A stretch of DNA of 64,000 nt from Lama glama (lineage: Eukaryota): contig CM052816.1 in NCBI GenBank assembly GCA_028534125.1, positions 94,428,001 through 94,492,000 on the forward strand, given 5' to 3'. The translations under genes were made by a program, and so were the position numbers. The notes beneath the pieces were generated by a model. The model was not told the DNA's origin. It saw only the letters and a program-made list of their open reading frames with translations, and did not search any database. Numbering within the stretch: the stretch's first letter is position 1; the number at the start of each line of letters is the position of its first letter. Positions 24,730-37,475 of this stretch are shown here, in pieces.

Positions 24730-25560
24730 CATGTGGTTCTGTTAGACGGGTTGATTCCAGTTGTCATGAAAGGGGTGTGACTCACGACTGGCCAGTCAAG
24801 GAATTCAGCTGCTAATCACAGCAGTTAGCTTCTGGGTGGACATCATCCCACGAAGGGCCAGTGTCCCTCCATGGAATATGGGTATTAGGATGCTGAGAAA
24901 CTAAATGTATCCCCCTCAAACTTGTTATGTTGAAACCTAATCCTCTGTGAGATAGCATTTGGAGATGGGACCTTTGGAAACTAGTTAGGCCATAAGGGTG
25001 GAGCTCCCATAAATGGGATCAGTGCCCTTACATATAAAGACCCCAGCGACCTTCCTTGTTCCTTCTACCGTGTGGGGACCAGTGAGAAGACAGCCATCTC
25101 TGGCCCAGGAAACAGGTCTCCCCAGACCCTGCATCTGCCAAACCTTGGTCTTAGATTTCCCAGCCTCCAGAACTATGAGGAATAAATTTCTTTTCCTTAG
25201 AAGCCGCCCATTCCGTGGTGTTTTGTCACAGCATTCTGAGTGGATGCAGATGCCCTCTTGGTCTCTGCTATCTCCAACTCTCAAAATGATGTAAGCCCAG
25301 AACCAGTGGTGTCCATCTTGACACCATGTGGAACGTGTGCATCTGTCAGTGTGAGCAGGCACGGGCCAGTAAAGAAGAGGAACGGTAGTGAGGGACCAGG
25401 GGCAAGAAGGATCGCAGAGTCATCTCTGCTTGATTGCTGGAACCAGCTGTGCCAGAAACTGTTTTTTATTTTTTAAATATAATCTCTAACTTACCACAAT
25501 CTTAACCCGGTACATTAGGATTGTGTTGGTAACTTTTTACTGAAGGAAGACTAGCCTTAA
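24730..25560 (+). mobile_element. Old MaLR LTR (MLT1J/K-type) split by MLT1A0
   Basis: gtgtgactcacgactggccagtcaagg before the insert. gatgtaagcccagaacc..ccatcttg..ggaaccagctgtgccagaa after it. Confidence 0.55.
24894..25248 (+). mobile_element. MLT1A0-like MaLR solo LTR
   Basis: tatgttgaaacctaatcc..atttggagatgggacctttgg..cccagcctccagaactatgaggaataaattt. TG..CA ends with a 5-bp duplication gatgc (24889-93, 25249-53). Confidence 0.9.
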
Positions 25561-28500
25561 GTCTTCTTGTGGCCTGCATGGCTTACGTTATTTTAGCAGA
25601 TTAATTTTTTGCTGGACCAAAGCCTGCAGAACCTCACGTCAGACTTAATCCACGGCTCATATCAGTGTTCAGCAGGGCTAGAGGGCTGTGCCTTAGCAAT
25701 ATTGAACTTCCTAACCGAGGCTGATGGTTGGTATAGCATTAACTAATCCATCTTACTTCATTTGAAATCTTTGGTAGACTCTGCCATGTGCATTGTGGCC
25801 TCCTGAGCTGTCCAGATGACGGAGTGCTGGCTGGGGTTTTATTTTGACTCGTGACTCGGTAGCGGCCCATAGCTCTAGCCAAGTCGCTTAATGGAAAATA
25901 CAGCCCCGGAATTCTGAAGTCACTGCTCTGAAAGCCTCGTCTCCCCTGTTAGACTTTGGGTTTTTCGTGAAGCTGCAGCTATTTGAATCGTACCTGAAAG
26001 CACATTTCTGTCAGAGTTAGGAGCTGACTCCAGGTTGGCGCACAGAGGATTGATCTGATTCGTTAGTTTTCTGAAAAACCTATCGAGACTATCTTCCTAG
26101 CAGTGAGAGGAATTCTGACATGACCTGTTGTAATGTTCCCTTGCTTGTTGTCCAAGTTCTGGTCCGGTATTTTATTACTCATCAGTGATTTATGATGGAG
26201 CGGATGGTTTTCCTGCTCTGATGAAGGAATCTTTTCTCTCTCTTAGCGATTTGTGGAATGTTGGACCAGAGTAACATTTTGCGAGTGTAGAAAATGAGGG
26301 AAAAGAAACATTTCCAACATAAATAGGACCTCTGCCATGTTCTGCTTGACACCTCCTGGATCGGATTAACCTGACCTTTGCCACAAATCTGGACTTCTTG
26401 TTAGCAATGTCTCGGACAAGCACTGACAAAATCTAGGTATTTTGTAAGGAAATGATACCTACCTATGATGAAAATAGAATTTACTCATAATATCCACGTT
26501 GACATTTTGAACAGCAGTGATTGGAGGGAAAAAAAAATAATGCAGGGTTTGCCTAAGACCGTATGAACATATTTCAGTTGCCCACGTTTCTTAAATACAT
26601 GATTATACACCAGAGTTTTAAATATTTCTTCTGGAAACAAGTTCCTTTCCTGCCTCTTAATTTGTCTCCATATTAACCTCTAATCTATAGAAGGTCGATC
26701 ACTATAATAGTCTCTCTGGTGTCACTTTACTGGAAAACCACTTAGAACCAAAAAGTCAGCAGAGAATCGATTAAGCAAGCCAGTAGAAAATGATTGGTTT
26801 ATAATCGAAGTAACCAATTGAGAACGAAGTTTTAGATTTTCTTTTAGAGAGGGTGAGATAATTTTGAAAAAATGAAATGTTTGATAAATAGTATCATTTA
26901 CTGATAATATACTAATTTACCCAAAGAGGGAACAGATTCAGTATTAATTGGAGTAGTGCCTTCCATAAGAAATGTCCTGAGATTAAGAATTAGAAGTCAA
27001 AAAGAATAGCAGGAAATCTTAATAAACATAGAATGCAGTTTATCTGCACCAATTAGGAATGGCTCAATGACTTTCTTCCCTGGAGATAAAAAATCTCTGT
27101 GAAGGAATGATAAAATACGGCACAGATTTGGGGTTAAGAGACTTCTTCAGGTATTGAAAACAAACAGCTGTGAGAAATTTGGAAGATGTGCATCTTGTTT
27201 TCTTTAACTGTTGTGAGCATCCAAAGACCATTTGGACTAAGTTTAGTATTCTAATTGCTACTGTAAAACTTCGGAGATTTGCATCACTCATAAATACTCA
27301 TTCGCTTCCAGTTTGCGAGCTTCTCCCTACTGTATTTAATCACTGAATTTCACCGGACTCCCCTCCCTAACTTTTCTCCCCATAAATTGAGCTCCAACAC
27401 CGGGTTGACAGGACTGCAGATGTGTGAAACATTTATTTCACCGCCACGTTTTATGGCTCTTCAAGGATTTCCCACCTCTTTTCTCCATAATTGCCACCCC
27501 GTTGAGAGGGGCATAGCCATCATGACTGTGAAGCTCTGATGCAGACTTTCTTACCACATCGAACAGGGCCTCCCTCTTTAGAAAGCAAGCCGCTGTCCAG
27601 AGCTGTCTTTATCCCTGAAAGGCAGTAGCGGAAAAAAGGGAAATTATACGTAAACGATTGCAAAATGTTATGTAGAGGCAGGACTTCCATTCTTTTACAA
27701 AAGTCATATTTAGTGAATATACGAGTATTTCATTCAAGGAAATATTTTTGACTGTTCCTACATCACAATTTGAAGGACTGACAAAGTCAAATGCAGGAGA
27801 GAAAGGAAGAATTAAAAAGAGATAAAGAGAGGTGAGGGTAGGGTTACACAGAGGTAGTGAAAGAAGATGGGGTTCTGAGAGGGTCAAGAACTGGTCCTGT
27901 CCAGCTTCTCCAGGTCCTGTCCAACCCCTCGTGGTCCCCTCTCTCCCGCTCCAGTGCAGTTCCTGACCAGAGGCTGTCTATCCCCACATGGATTCAGAAT
28001 GTCTGTACTTGCCTGGAGGAGCACACATTCTCTTTAGATAAATCTCTGTTGGCCGTGCCAATGGGTGTTTCAAAAATGAGATTACAGAATTAAAACAGGA
28101 GTTGGAGTAGGTGGTATAGAAGACACGTTTCTACACTGATTGGTTCATTTCCCATTGTAAGTGTATGTATGGCATGTCAGGTGTTCTTCTGTTGTGACTG
28201 GGTTTTTTTTGTTTGTTTGTTTTGTTTTTTGGGCAACTGCTATACTTTCTTTAGTTTTGCGCCTTTCCGAATAATTCCTTCTGCCATCTTACTGTGAATA
28301 TTTGAATCAACTCAATAATTCTGCTTTCCCTAAGTAGGTTATAAATTGTTGAATGAAACTTGGCACATGTTTTATCAAATAGACTCATTAAAACTCTCAT
28401 TTTGAAAGCCAGGGGATTATTTCATGAAGAAAAAAAAAAACTAGATATTATTTTACTTTAAGATCTGCGGGTGTGCCTTGTATTTGGCATTCAAAAGCCG

Positions 28501-28920
28501 CTCAAGCGGTCAATACCTTCACTAACCCCACTATATACTTGTTTGGGATCCAAAACATCATCACATTTACTAATTTGAATTTATGGCTGACTTTTTCTGA
28601 TAATTAGATACTGAGATCTATTTCCCAGACCTCTGTGTGTATATATGGCTTCCTTTTTGTAAGGAGATGAATGTGCCCAGGTCTGGTCAATATGGTTTAA
28701 GCGGAATTGACTTCCCTAGATCTTGAATGCATTCAGTCATAATTATGGTCTGGGGGAGATGCTCAAATCAAAAACCTGCTCCAGTGCCGAAACCTGAGTC
28801 CCTTTCCTCTTTCTGTGGTTCTGATTTAGGACTTGTTGATCAATGACTGAGCCTCCAACTAACATCAATGTATATATATTTTTTCTTCAATTTTGTATCC
28901 CATTCTCTCTCCTATCTGAA

Positions 28921-28974
28921 GTTATAAATCAAGTCCTGCCTAAAATGTTATGAATCAAATCCTGCCTAAAATGT
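28921..28974. repeat. Local 26-bp tandem duplication
   Basis: gttataaatcaagtcctgcctaaaat followed by gttatgaatcaaatcctgcctaaaat (2 mismatches). Confidence 0.9.
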
Positions 28975-29304
28975 CACATCACTGTTAATGTAAAAATCAG
29001 TTGCGTCTGGTCCTGAATAACTAACATCAACTCGAATCCTTAATGCTTTTGGCTGGAGGCCACCGCAAAACTTCCAGAACGATAAAACACAGCCTTCAGA
29101 ATAAGATTTTCAAATATGAGAAAAAATTAAGGTGAGACTGAATTCACAAATAAAGCAACAGCATCCCAAGTTAATTTTAACTCATACAGACCAAAGCATC
29201 TGCATAATTATTTACTGCAATTTGAAATGTCTTTGCTCAATGTTTGAAGCAGCTTAAAAAAAAAGAATTGCAAAACCACAAACATGCATTTGTACAGTGG
29301 CATT

Positions 29305-29349
29305 TATATCTGTATCTATCTATCTATATATCTATATATATCTATATCT
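29305..29349. repeat. Imperfect (TATC)n/(TA)n microsatellite
   Basis: tatatctgtatctatctatctatatatctatatatatctatatct. Confidence 0.85.
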
Positions 29350-30229
29350 CCTGCTCAGATATATAAACAGTGAGAGCTGTATCTCTAAACAGATGGAAAG
29401 GTAAATACAACGAGAGGACTACAGGAAGTGAAATCCGCAGCAAGCAGTTACTGCCCTCCTGCTGTTCCCTGCTTGGGTGGGGAAATCACATTGATCTCCC
29501 CTAAGCATGGCATTAGTTCCAGACTTTCTGGAAAACTCAGGAGTGATGTGTGTCCAAAGTGGCGGTCTTGGACTTCCTGACTTTGTAACCTGTAAACATT
29601 ACTTAAAACATTAGAAGAGATTTGCCTGATTTGTATCCCAACTGTGTGGACTTCGTTTTCAGTTTCATAGAAGTCAGATTCTCTCCATTTGAAACACAGA
29701 ATCATTCCTTCGCTTCACATCACACAGGAGTGGTTAGGACTCTCCAGTACTTACCTTCCGTTGTCCAATACCCAGACGGGCCAGGCAGCCGGCTCTGTGC
29801 CTCCTGCTCAGATGCACAAAGAGAACAATTCGTGATGAGGCACAATTAGTTCCGTTTAATGATCACGTAACAGTTGCACTTTCATTTTTTACCCTAATGT
29901 ATTCCTCCAACTTAACGTGGGGAAACTTTTTTATTTCGTCATTTCTGACTATTGAGATCATCTCATCTACGAAAACTCTTTTTTAAAACTTCCTCTCTGA
30001 AAGGTGCAAAGATCTTTCTAGGCAAAAGCAATTCTTTGTTTAGTCTTTGTCCTTTTCTTAAAGTTCAGTTCTAGGTCTGTAAGGTTTCGTTTCCCCTCTG
30101 AGCTGCTGCTATAAGCCTGTTGACTCGGGGTGTTCCTTCTAGGAAGACCTAGGCCTGGACAAGGGGGCATAGTTTAGCCAGGGTAGTGAGGGTCAGATTT
30201 CAGCCTCTAGTTTCCTCTCCCTCCAGGGA

Positions 30230-30278
30230 CTATTTTGGGCAGTGCACAAACTGTGCAACTGAACCTGTAGACCATGAT
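30230..30278. mobile_element. Possible MER91-like (hAT-Tip100) terminal fragment
   Basis: gggcagtgcacaaactgtgcaact resembles the MER91 terminal repeat. The match is short. Confidence 0.35.
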
Positions 30279-31019
30279 TTTATCTCAGGTTGCAATTTGT
30301 GTACGTGCCTTTATCCCCCTTAGACTAAGGTGTCGGAATTGTCTCATCTTTCTTCTCCATCCTTCTATAGTACAAATCCAGTTTGTGTGAAATACATTTA
30401 ATAATCGTTTGCTCACCGCATCCAGGTCTGGCAAAGAGCTCAGGTCTTTGGAAATTGTTTGTATTTCTTTGCCCACAATGCATATGATTCCTGAGTGATG
30501 TTTATCTAAAAAAATATGCTGCATTTTGTTTTCTTCTGACATATTTCTGCAGCACATCTTAAGCATGATACTATCTGTGAAGCAGGAGGCTTAACGGCCC
30601 ATTTGGATGAAGTGAAGGAATTCAGACAGGGTGAGGCGGGTGTGACTGAGGGCAGGGACTGCCAAGAGTCCTTTCTTGTCACTTAGCTGGTCCCGAAGAC
30701 ACATCTTACTCAGTTCTCAAGTCCACATCAATATTTTAAGATAGAAGAAGCTGATATATTTTATTTAATTTACGTGCAGTTATGTGAATCTGCCATTATG
30801 GAATGTTAAAACTCTCCAGGAAATAGCCATGCTTGATGCACTATCCCGTAAAGCACTGAGATACAAAACCAGTGATAGCACCTGGATAGAGAGAACGCCC
30901 TTATGTCACTTAGGCCATTTTCCCTCAGGGGACATCCCTAACGATGGGAACCTTGTGTCTTTGGAAATGTGATGATAATTACATGCAGATCTCACAAGTT
31001 CCGTTTGTATTAAATAGCC

Positions 31020-31790
31020 TGCTGTATGCTAAAACTGAATACTGTGCAGAGCAATTTGTATCAACCTGTACAACAACTCTTTTTTTAACCTTTTTTTATT
31101 GAGTTATGGTCATTTTACTCTAAGAGTTATACTCATTTTATTGAGTTATAGTCAGATTCCAGTGTAGAGCACAATTTTTCAGTTATACATGAACATACAT
31201 ATATTCATTGTCACATTTTTTTCACTGCGAGCTATCACAAGGTCTTTTATATATTTCCCCGTGCTACACAGTACAATCTTGTTTATCTATTCTCTATATG
31301 CCTATCAGTCTCCACAAATTTCAAACTCCCAGTCTGTGCCTTCCCACCACTGGCCCCCTTGGCAACCACAAATTTGTATTCTATGTCTATGAGTCTGTTT
31401 CTGTTTTGTATTTATGTTCTTTTTTTTTTTTTTTTTTAGATTCCACATATGAGCAATCTCATATGGTATTTTTCTTTCTCTTTCTGGCTTACTTCACTTA
31501 GAATGACATTCTCCAGGGACATCCATGTTGCTGCAAATGGCATTATGTTGTCATTTTTATGGCTGGATAGTATTCCATTGTATAAATATACCACATCTTC
31601 TTTATCCAGTCACCTGTTGATGGACATTTAGGCTGTTTCCAACAACAACTCTTAAATGTAAGTGTCGTTATCCCAATTCCAGCCATGAAGCGACTCACAT
31701 GAACTTGCTCACTATCTCATAGCTACTGAGGAGCGGAGCTGAGATTCACAGGCTCAGCTCCCAGCCAGACCTTTGTAGTCATCACCACAT
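31020..31790 (-). mobile_element. MIR SINE split by a young L1
   Basis: tacaacaactct before the L1. gtaagtgtcgttatcccaatt..aacttgctcac..ggagctgagattcac after it. Confidence 0.55.
31082..31641 (-). mobile_element. Young 5'-truncated L1 (3' UTR) with perfect TSD
   Basis: L1 3' text (tggcttacttcacttagaatgac..ccatgttgctgcaaatggc). TSD acaacaactctt at 31070-31081 and 31642-31653. Confidence 0.95.
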
Positions 31791-34612
31791 CTGTGAACTA
31801 CGTAATTTCACTGCTGAGACACACTATGTATCAATCACAGATTACCTGTGAACTCAGGCGTGACTTTAGTTATCCAGTGGAAATCTGGTTGGGAAATTAA
31901 TTTCCAGTTCAGGGTCATGCTTATTATTTAAAGAGGGCCAGCACCTTGAGTAGCAGAAAACTAGGTGACACCAAAGACAGACGTTTCAGTGATTTCCCAC
32001 TCAGAGGAGCCACTCCTTTAACTGGGGTTCTTCCTTCAAAGCAGTGACTTCACAACACAATTAATGTGCCTTCTTCCTACAATTGCATGCTTAATCCTGC
32101 AGTGAAGAACAACTTCATACTTCATTCCCTGAAATAGATGTATTGGAGCAGTTCATTCTGTGGTGGGTGGAAAACCACTAAGTCGTCAATTCCAGGTTTC
32201 CTTGGTAAGTATCCATGGGGGGAAACAGCATGGCAGATGAATTAGAGCTGATCATTTGGATGGAAATGATTTCAGCCACCTGAGACTCAGGAAATGAACA
32301 CATGTTTTTCTGTGATATTTTAATTTGTTCATGAGTTTATGTTATGAAGCTAAGGTAGCTATTTTAATTTTTAAAAGTCTCCTTGATACAATCAGTCCTG
32401 GAAATTCTTTTTAAAATTTTTCCCCCCAGTTTTTTTTCACCCAGCAGTGATCTTTTTTTCAAATGCTGTTTTGACAGTGATACGGTTTGATCGACGTGTG
32501 ACATTTTGAATAAAGATATCAATGTTAGCAACCAATTTCTTTTTAGCATGGAACAGCATTTTCATTAGCAGCCTTAGCTGAGGCATTCAGATCTGAATGA
32601 ATTTTAAAATGAAATCTTTTTAATTAACTCCCCTGTAGCTTTGAGATCTGTTGGCAGCTAGTGGAATTTGAAGATGGAATAGCATCTGGTCTTGAGATGG
32701 TTTCTACCTTCTTGGCTCAGTAGGAAATGCTGCTTTGAAATGTTGCCAGTCAAATGCCTTCCACCATCATTAAAATTAATTCCACAAACTAACATAATTC
32801 AAGGACATAGCTTAGAGTTATTTAATGCTATTAGCTATGAATACAGTGGTAAAATAAAGAATGTCTTTTAATATTTTAATTTTACCTATCTAATATCTTA
32901 TAATTATTTTCTTAGTCTTCCTAGGTCAAATTCTGACTCCTTTCTGAATTATTTGATTAGAAATAATCCTTTATTTATTCTGTCTGTGAATTGAATTTCA
33001 CATGTTTTAAGAATGTCTGAGAGTTTAAAATTTGGCTTCATTGATTTCCCAATTATAAATACTGCACTAGAAAATAGTATTTAGAATGGTAATTAATTGA
33101 GAAGAATTTTTATCCTATGTTAATTGAAAACACATACATTCTCTACATACACACATATAATACTAATTCATGGTTTTAGGAGTACATCATACTTCAGTGT
33201 TTTTTCTGCCTGTTAGCGTCAGGAAAAAAACTATTTTATTTTCCAGGAACAGATATCTTTTCTTCCAGGAATATCTCCATCCTACTCATTAAGCATCTTA
33301 ATAGTTAACTTGACTATTTTCCATTGAATACATGGACAGGCTGTATATATTAAAATATCAGTTGCAGGTAGGAGTGGAAACTCAAGTTCATGGTTGAATA
33401 TTTCATCTTTAGTGGGAAACTTTGGCTCTCTTTTAATTGCGCATCCATCTATGGACAGAGAACATGAGGATAGTGGAGAACATTAAAATAATCTGATTTT
33501 TATTTAAAGTATATATTTCACATCAGTTATGCAGACATATTTTTCTACAAAAAGCCATGGTCGCTTTTTCTCCAGAAAGTCCAAATGCAAGGAAGGCCAT
33601 CTGCAGTGACTCCGTGAGAGCTGTGTTTGAGTCTTACCTTCATTAAGACCTGGATGAGAAGCATTTCTTTAAAATGAAAATCTTAAAAATAGCTAGGAAC
33701 CATTCAGTCCCTTTGTCAGTCCCAAAACTCCCTTTAGCTCATGACTTAATGCAGCCCTGCTCCTGACGTGGTGCTCTGGTCCTTTCTTTCTCAGGTGAGT
33801 GCGACTGGAAGTATTTTGGCCACTTTATCTGTTCCCTGGTGGCTGTTGTCTGAGCAGCTAACTGCCTAGTAATCATGTTTAGTTTCACAGAATGAATTGA
33901 AGCAGAAGCCTTCATTTGTTTTTCTTACTTTTTACATCAAATTAGAAGGACCTACTCTTTACTCTAAACTTGTTTCTGTCTCCAAAAGGTAGTAAGGAAA
34001 GAAAGACTACACATTTGCATCTCTAAACTAGAAATCTAAAATCCTTTCTTATTTGGTCTTTCCAGTCAGAAAGAAGTAATTTCTTTCTGAAGAGGGAGGA
34101 CATGGCCCTCTTTCCAGTTTTAGTATCCACATGAGTGGCTTTCTCAATGTCCTAGTGAAGATAAAATTTGCCAGCAACTTTAGATACATGCCTTTTTATA
34201 AAAGTCTCTGGTCAGTGTATTTTAACAATGTATTAAAATAATTTTGAGATGATTTAGTCATGTTTTGGGAAATTTAATTCTGAGAAATATCATCCTCTGA
34301 GGAGAGCACATTAAAGAAAGTCACAAGACTTGAAGAAGTTGGCATTTCAGGAGGAATACTCTGGTGATGGATTCCATAAGAACCAGTGCCTTTATTTCAC
34401 AAATCAGGAACTCAGTTTCTAAAGGGTCTTAAGAGGCAGTAAAAAGTTAGAATTGTAGTTTCGGTTTTGCTTTTTTTTCATGCAAACTTTTGTAAAATCT
34501 TCTCACCTTTCTGAACCTCACATTTTCTTCTCTAGAAAGAGCGATCTCTAAGATGTCTTCTGAGTGACATCTCAGGGTTTATGTGCCAAAGTAGAAAGTA
34601 TTTTTGCCTTTA

Positions 34613-35112
34613 NNNNNNNNNNNNNNNNNNNNNNNNNNNNNNNNNNNNNNNNNNNNNNNNNNNNNNNNNNNNNNNNNNNNNNNNNNNNNNNNNNNNNNNN
34701 NNNNNNNNNNNNNNNNNNNNNNNNNNNNNNNNNNNNNNNNNNNNNNNNNNNNNNNNNNNNNNNNNNNNNNNNNNNNNNNNNNNNNNNNNNNNNNNNNNNN
34801 NNNNNNNNNNNNNNNNNNNNNNNNNNNNNNNNNNNNNNNNNNNNNNNNNNNNNNNNNNNNNNNNNNNNNNNNNNNNNNNNNNNNNNNNNNNNNNNNNNNN
34901 NNNNNNNNNNNNNNNNNNNNNNNNNNNNNNNNNNNNNNNNNNNNNNNNNNNNNNNNNNNNNNNNNNNNNNNNNNNNNNNNNNNNNNNNNNNNNNNNNNNN
35001 NNNNNNNNNNNNNNNNNNNNNNNNNNNNNNNNNNNNNNNNNNNNNNNNNNNNNNNNNNNNNNNNNNNNNNNNNNNNNNNNNNNNNNNNNNNNNNNNNNNN
35101 NNNNNNNNNNNN
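34613..35112. other. Assembly gap (500 N)
   Basis: Run of exactly 500 N. Confidence 1.
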
Positions 35113-35260
35113 TTATAATAATCATTATTTACTTTCTGCCTCCATCTGCTAGAATCTGAATTCCATGAGGACAGGGGTTTTTGTAGTTTCATCACTGATG
35201 TCCAAACACCTGGGCAGCATCTGACACACGATGATGCTCCAGCAATCTCCAGTGAATAGC
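35113..35260 (+). mobile_element. L2 3' end
   Basis: gctagaatctgaattccatgaggacagggg..tcatcactgatgtcca..catctgacacacg. Confidence 0.7.
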
Positions 35261-35514
35261 TGTACCTTGACTTTTAACTATGTGTAATTGGGGTACACAG
35301 TTGTTTTCAAGTCTTTGTGTCTTTTTTTCACTTTTGAGACAAATTTTCCCTGATCTTCCATGTCAAGTACAATTTAATATCCACTGAGAAGAACCAACAG
35401 CAATCACCTTCAGCCTTATGAGAGAAAGATGTGATTATGTCATGCCCCATAAAGAAAAGGGAGTGTAATGGAATCAATGAACAGCTTTATCGTTTTAAAC
35501 ATGTGAATTATTTT

Positions 35515-35715
35515 ATATTACCTAAATGAATTCTTTCAAGAACCTTGTGAGTGGAGCAAAACAACAAAACAAAACATCTCTTTTTACTCTTGTTCTGAGA
35601 AGGAAACAGATGCCAAACGAGACTAAATGACTTTTCTAATAGGACCTGGACAGGCACAGCAGAACTGAGGTTGGAGGTGGGCTCGCCTTGTTCCTGGACC
35701 AGTGATGTTTGCAGC
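35515..35715 (-). mobile_element. MIR SINE (diverged)
   Basis: caagaaccttgtgag..gagaaggaaacagatgcc..gagactaaatgacttt..cagcagaactgagg. Confidence 0.55.
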
Positions 35716-37114
35716 GTATGCCCTGACCTCTCACGTTGTGCGCGTTAGAGCAGAATGTCGGAGAGCATGCAGACGTACCTCTCTGTTGACTGTTCTGTGA
35801 AAGAATCACACTGTTCAGTCATTTCACGTGGAATCTGGAAAGGGAAGAATGGCTCACCTTCTCCAGAATCCAGCACCTGTACTCAAAATGACCTCAAAGA
35901 CGCACTTGGAGCCCTTGAGAAAAACCTCTGCCCAATGCCTTGAACTCCCCGTGCGCCTCATAGTAGACACTTGATTTTGTTCTTTTTATCCCGCGTGAAT
36001 GCGACGCTTAGTAAAAGGGAGGTGCTGTTCAGGGTTGCGCTTAGAGCTTGTGGCTCCGGCGTGTCTCGCTCCACTGACCAGTAGGATGGAGTTGCCTCAT
36101 TAACCCTTTATCTCACCACTGATTGTCAGAGGTGATCGGGCTCTTTTTTCCTTCAGGAGCTCTGTTGAAGAGAATGAATTTGATAAATGGAAACAATTGT
36201 TTTTCACCCAACAATGTCTGGGTAGATAAGAAGCCTTAAAAATGCAATTTTTTAAAATGTAATGATAGTAATTGCTGGCAGAGTGATCCCTTGTTATGTA
36301 CAAGACTCCGTGCTCTCAAGGCCTGTATCTCTCCTGCCACATTCATGCAGGAGTTTAATGAGGAAGGTATAGCCCTGTCCTTTTATGGGGCCAGGGATGC
36401 CAGGCATGGGGAATTCAGACCTTAATATGGGGAGCTGTTGAGGTTTGAACCCAGATATGTGACTCCAGATTCTGTCTTTTCACCATTATTTATAGTTATA
36501 AAGGTACGCCTTTTTTTTTCCCTGTAGTGTGACACTGTTTATTTATAGATAACTGCATATCAATATTAAATGCCAGGGGTTCAGACTTAGTCTGTTGCAT
36601 ACATAAGGGATTGTTAATTGCTAAGGAAATGTCCATGGTTTTTGCAAAGGTATAGTGATTCTATTCATTAAGTGAATCTTAAATAAACCTTAATAACATT
36701 AATGATGAAAAGAGACAGTCTGTGACTCCACATAATTTATGTGCATAATAAGTCACCATTGGCATGCAATTACTTAAGTTTTTTTACCTTCTAGTTTGCA
36801 ATTTGTGCCCAAGAATTGCTTGTGAAATGATTTTTTTTTCTGTTACATTCTGAAGAAATTATATCACTAGAGCAGTCAGATAATTTGAGAGAAGCATGCG
36901 TCTTTGTAATACGTTTTCTGAACAAGGAGATTTCGCCTTCAGGTTTGTTTGTCCTTTCAACCTGCAACAGGACCCAAGAGATTCTCCTTGAGTTTTGTCT
37001 TTTGTTGAAGCAACATGTAGTATCTTAGGTAATAACTAATTCAAGACTCTATTGAGAGAGATCTGAACTTTAATCAGTTTCTCTTCAGTTCCCATGCTGA
37101 GAAAAAGAAAATGT

Positions 37115-37350
37115 GTTCTGCAAAACCTTAGGTCTATTAAATGCTCCGAGGGAAAACAGATCCCATAGTTAAGTAATTTGGGGAAATGGTACCTATGGCA
37201 GCGCTTTCTTGGAGGTGATTAAGGTGCATTAGCCTATTAGACATTCCAGTACATTTAAGTTTGCTCTCTTAGAACTTTTCATACTATTGAGCAATGGGTT
37301 TTTGGTGTGTGTAACAATTACTAATGTCCAGTGGAACTAGAGATAACTAT
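37115..37350. mobile_element. Possible hAT-Charlie fossil (Charlie4/MER80-like)
   Basis: atagttaagtaatttggggaaatg..tcttggag..gtgcattagcctatta..gtgtaacaattactaatgtccagtggaac. Diverged. Confidence 0.4.
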
Positions 37351-37475
37351 GGTAATACTGTGTTAAAGCCAGGATGCTGTCACAGCAAGCCCATTATTTA
37401 AGTTCAAGGTATTCTTTTGGGCTACAAGACAGATGATGTTTTAAAGCACTTAAGGACTGACTAAGTATTGTATTA

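Noticed and set aside
26180..26225. C/D-box snoRNA (atgatg..ctga)
   Set aside because: The C box is imperfect and the span is too short.
35940..36075. CpG island or promoter
   Set aside because: Only a short local CpG excess, too small and not GC-rich enough.
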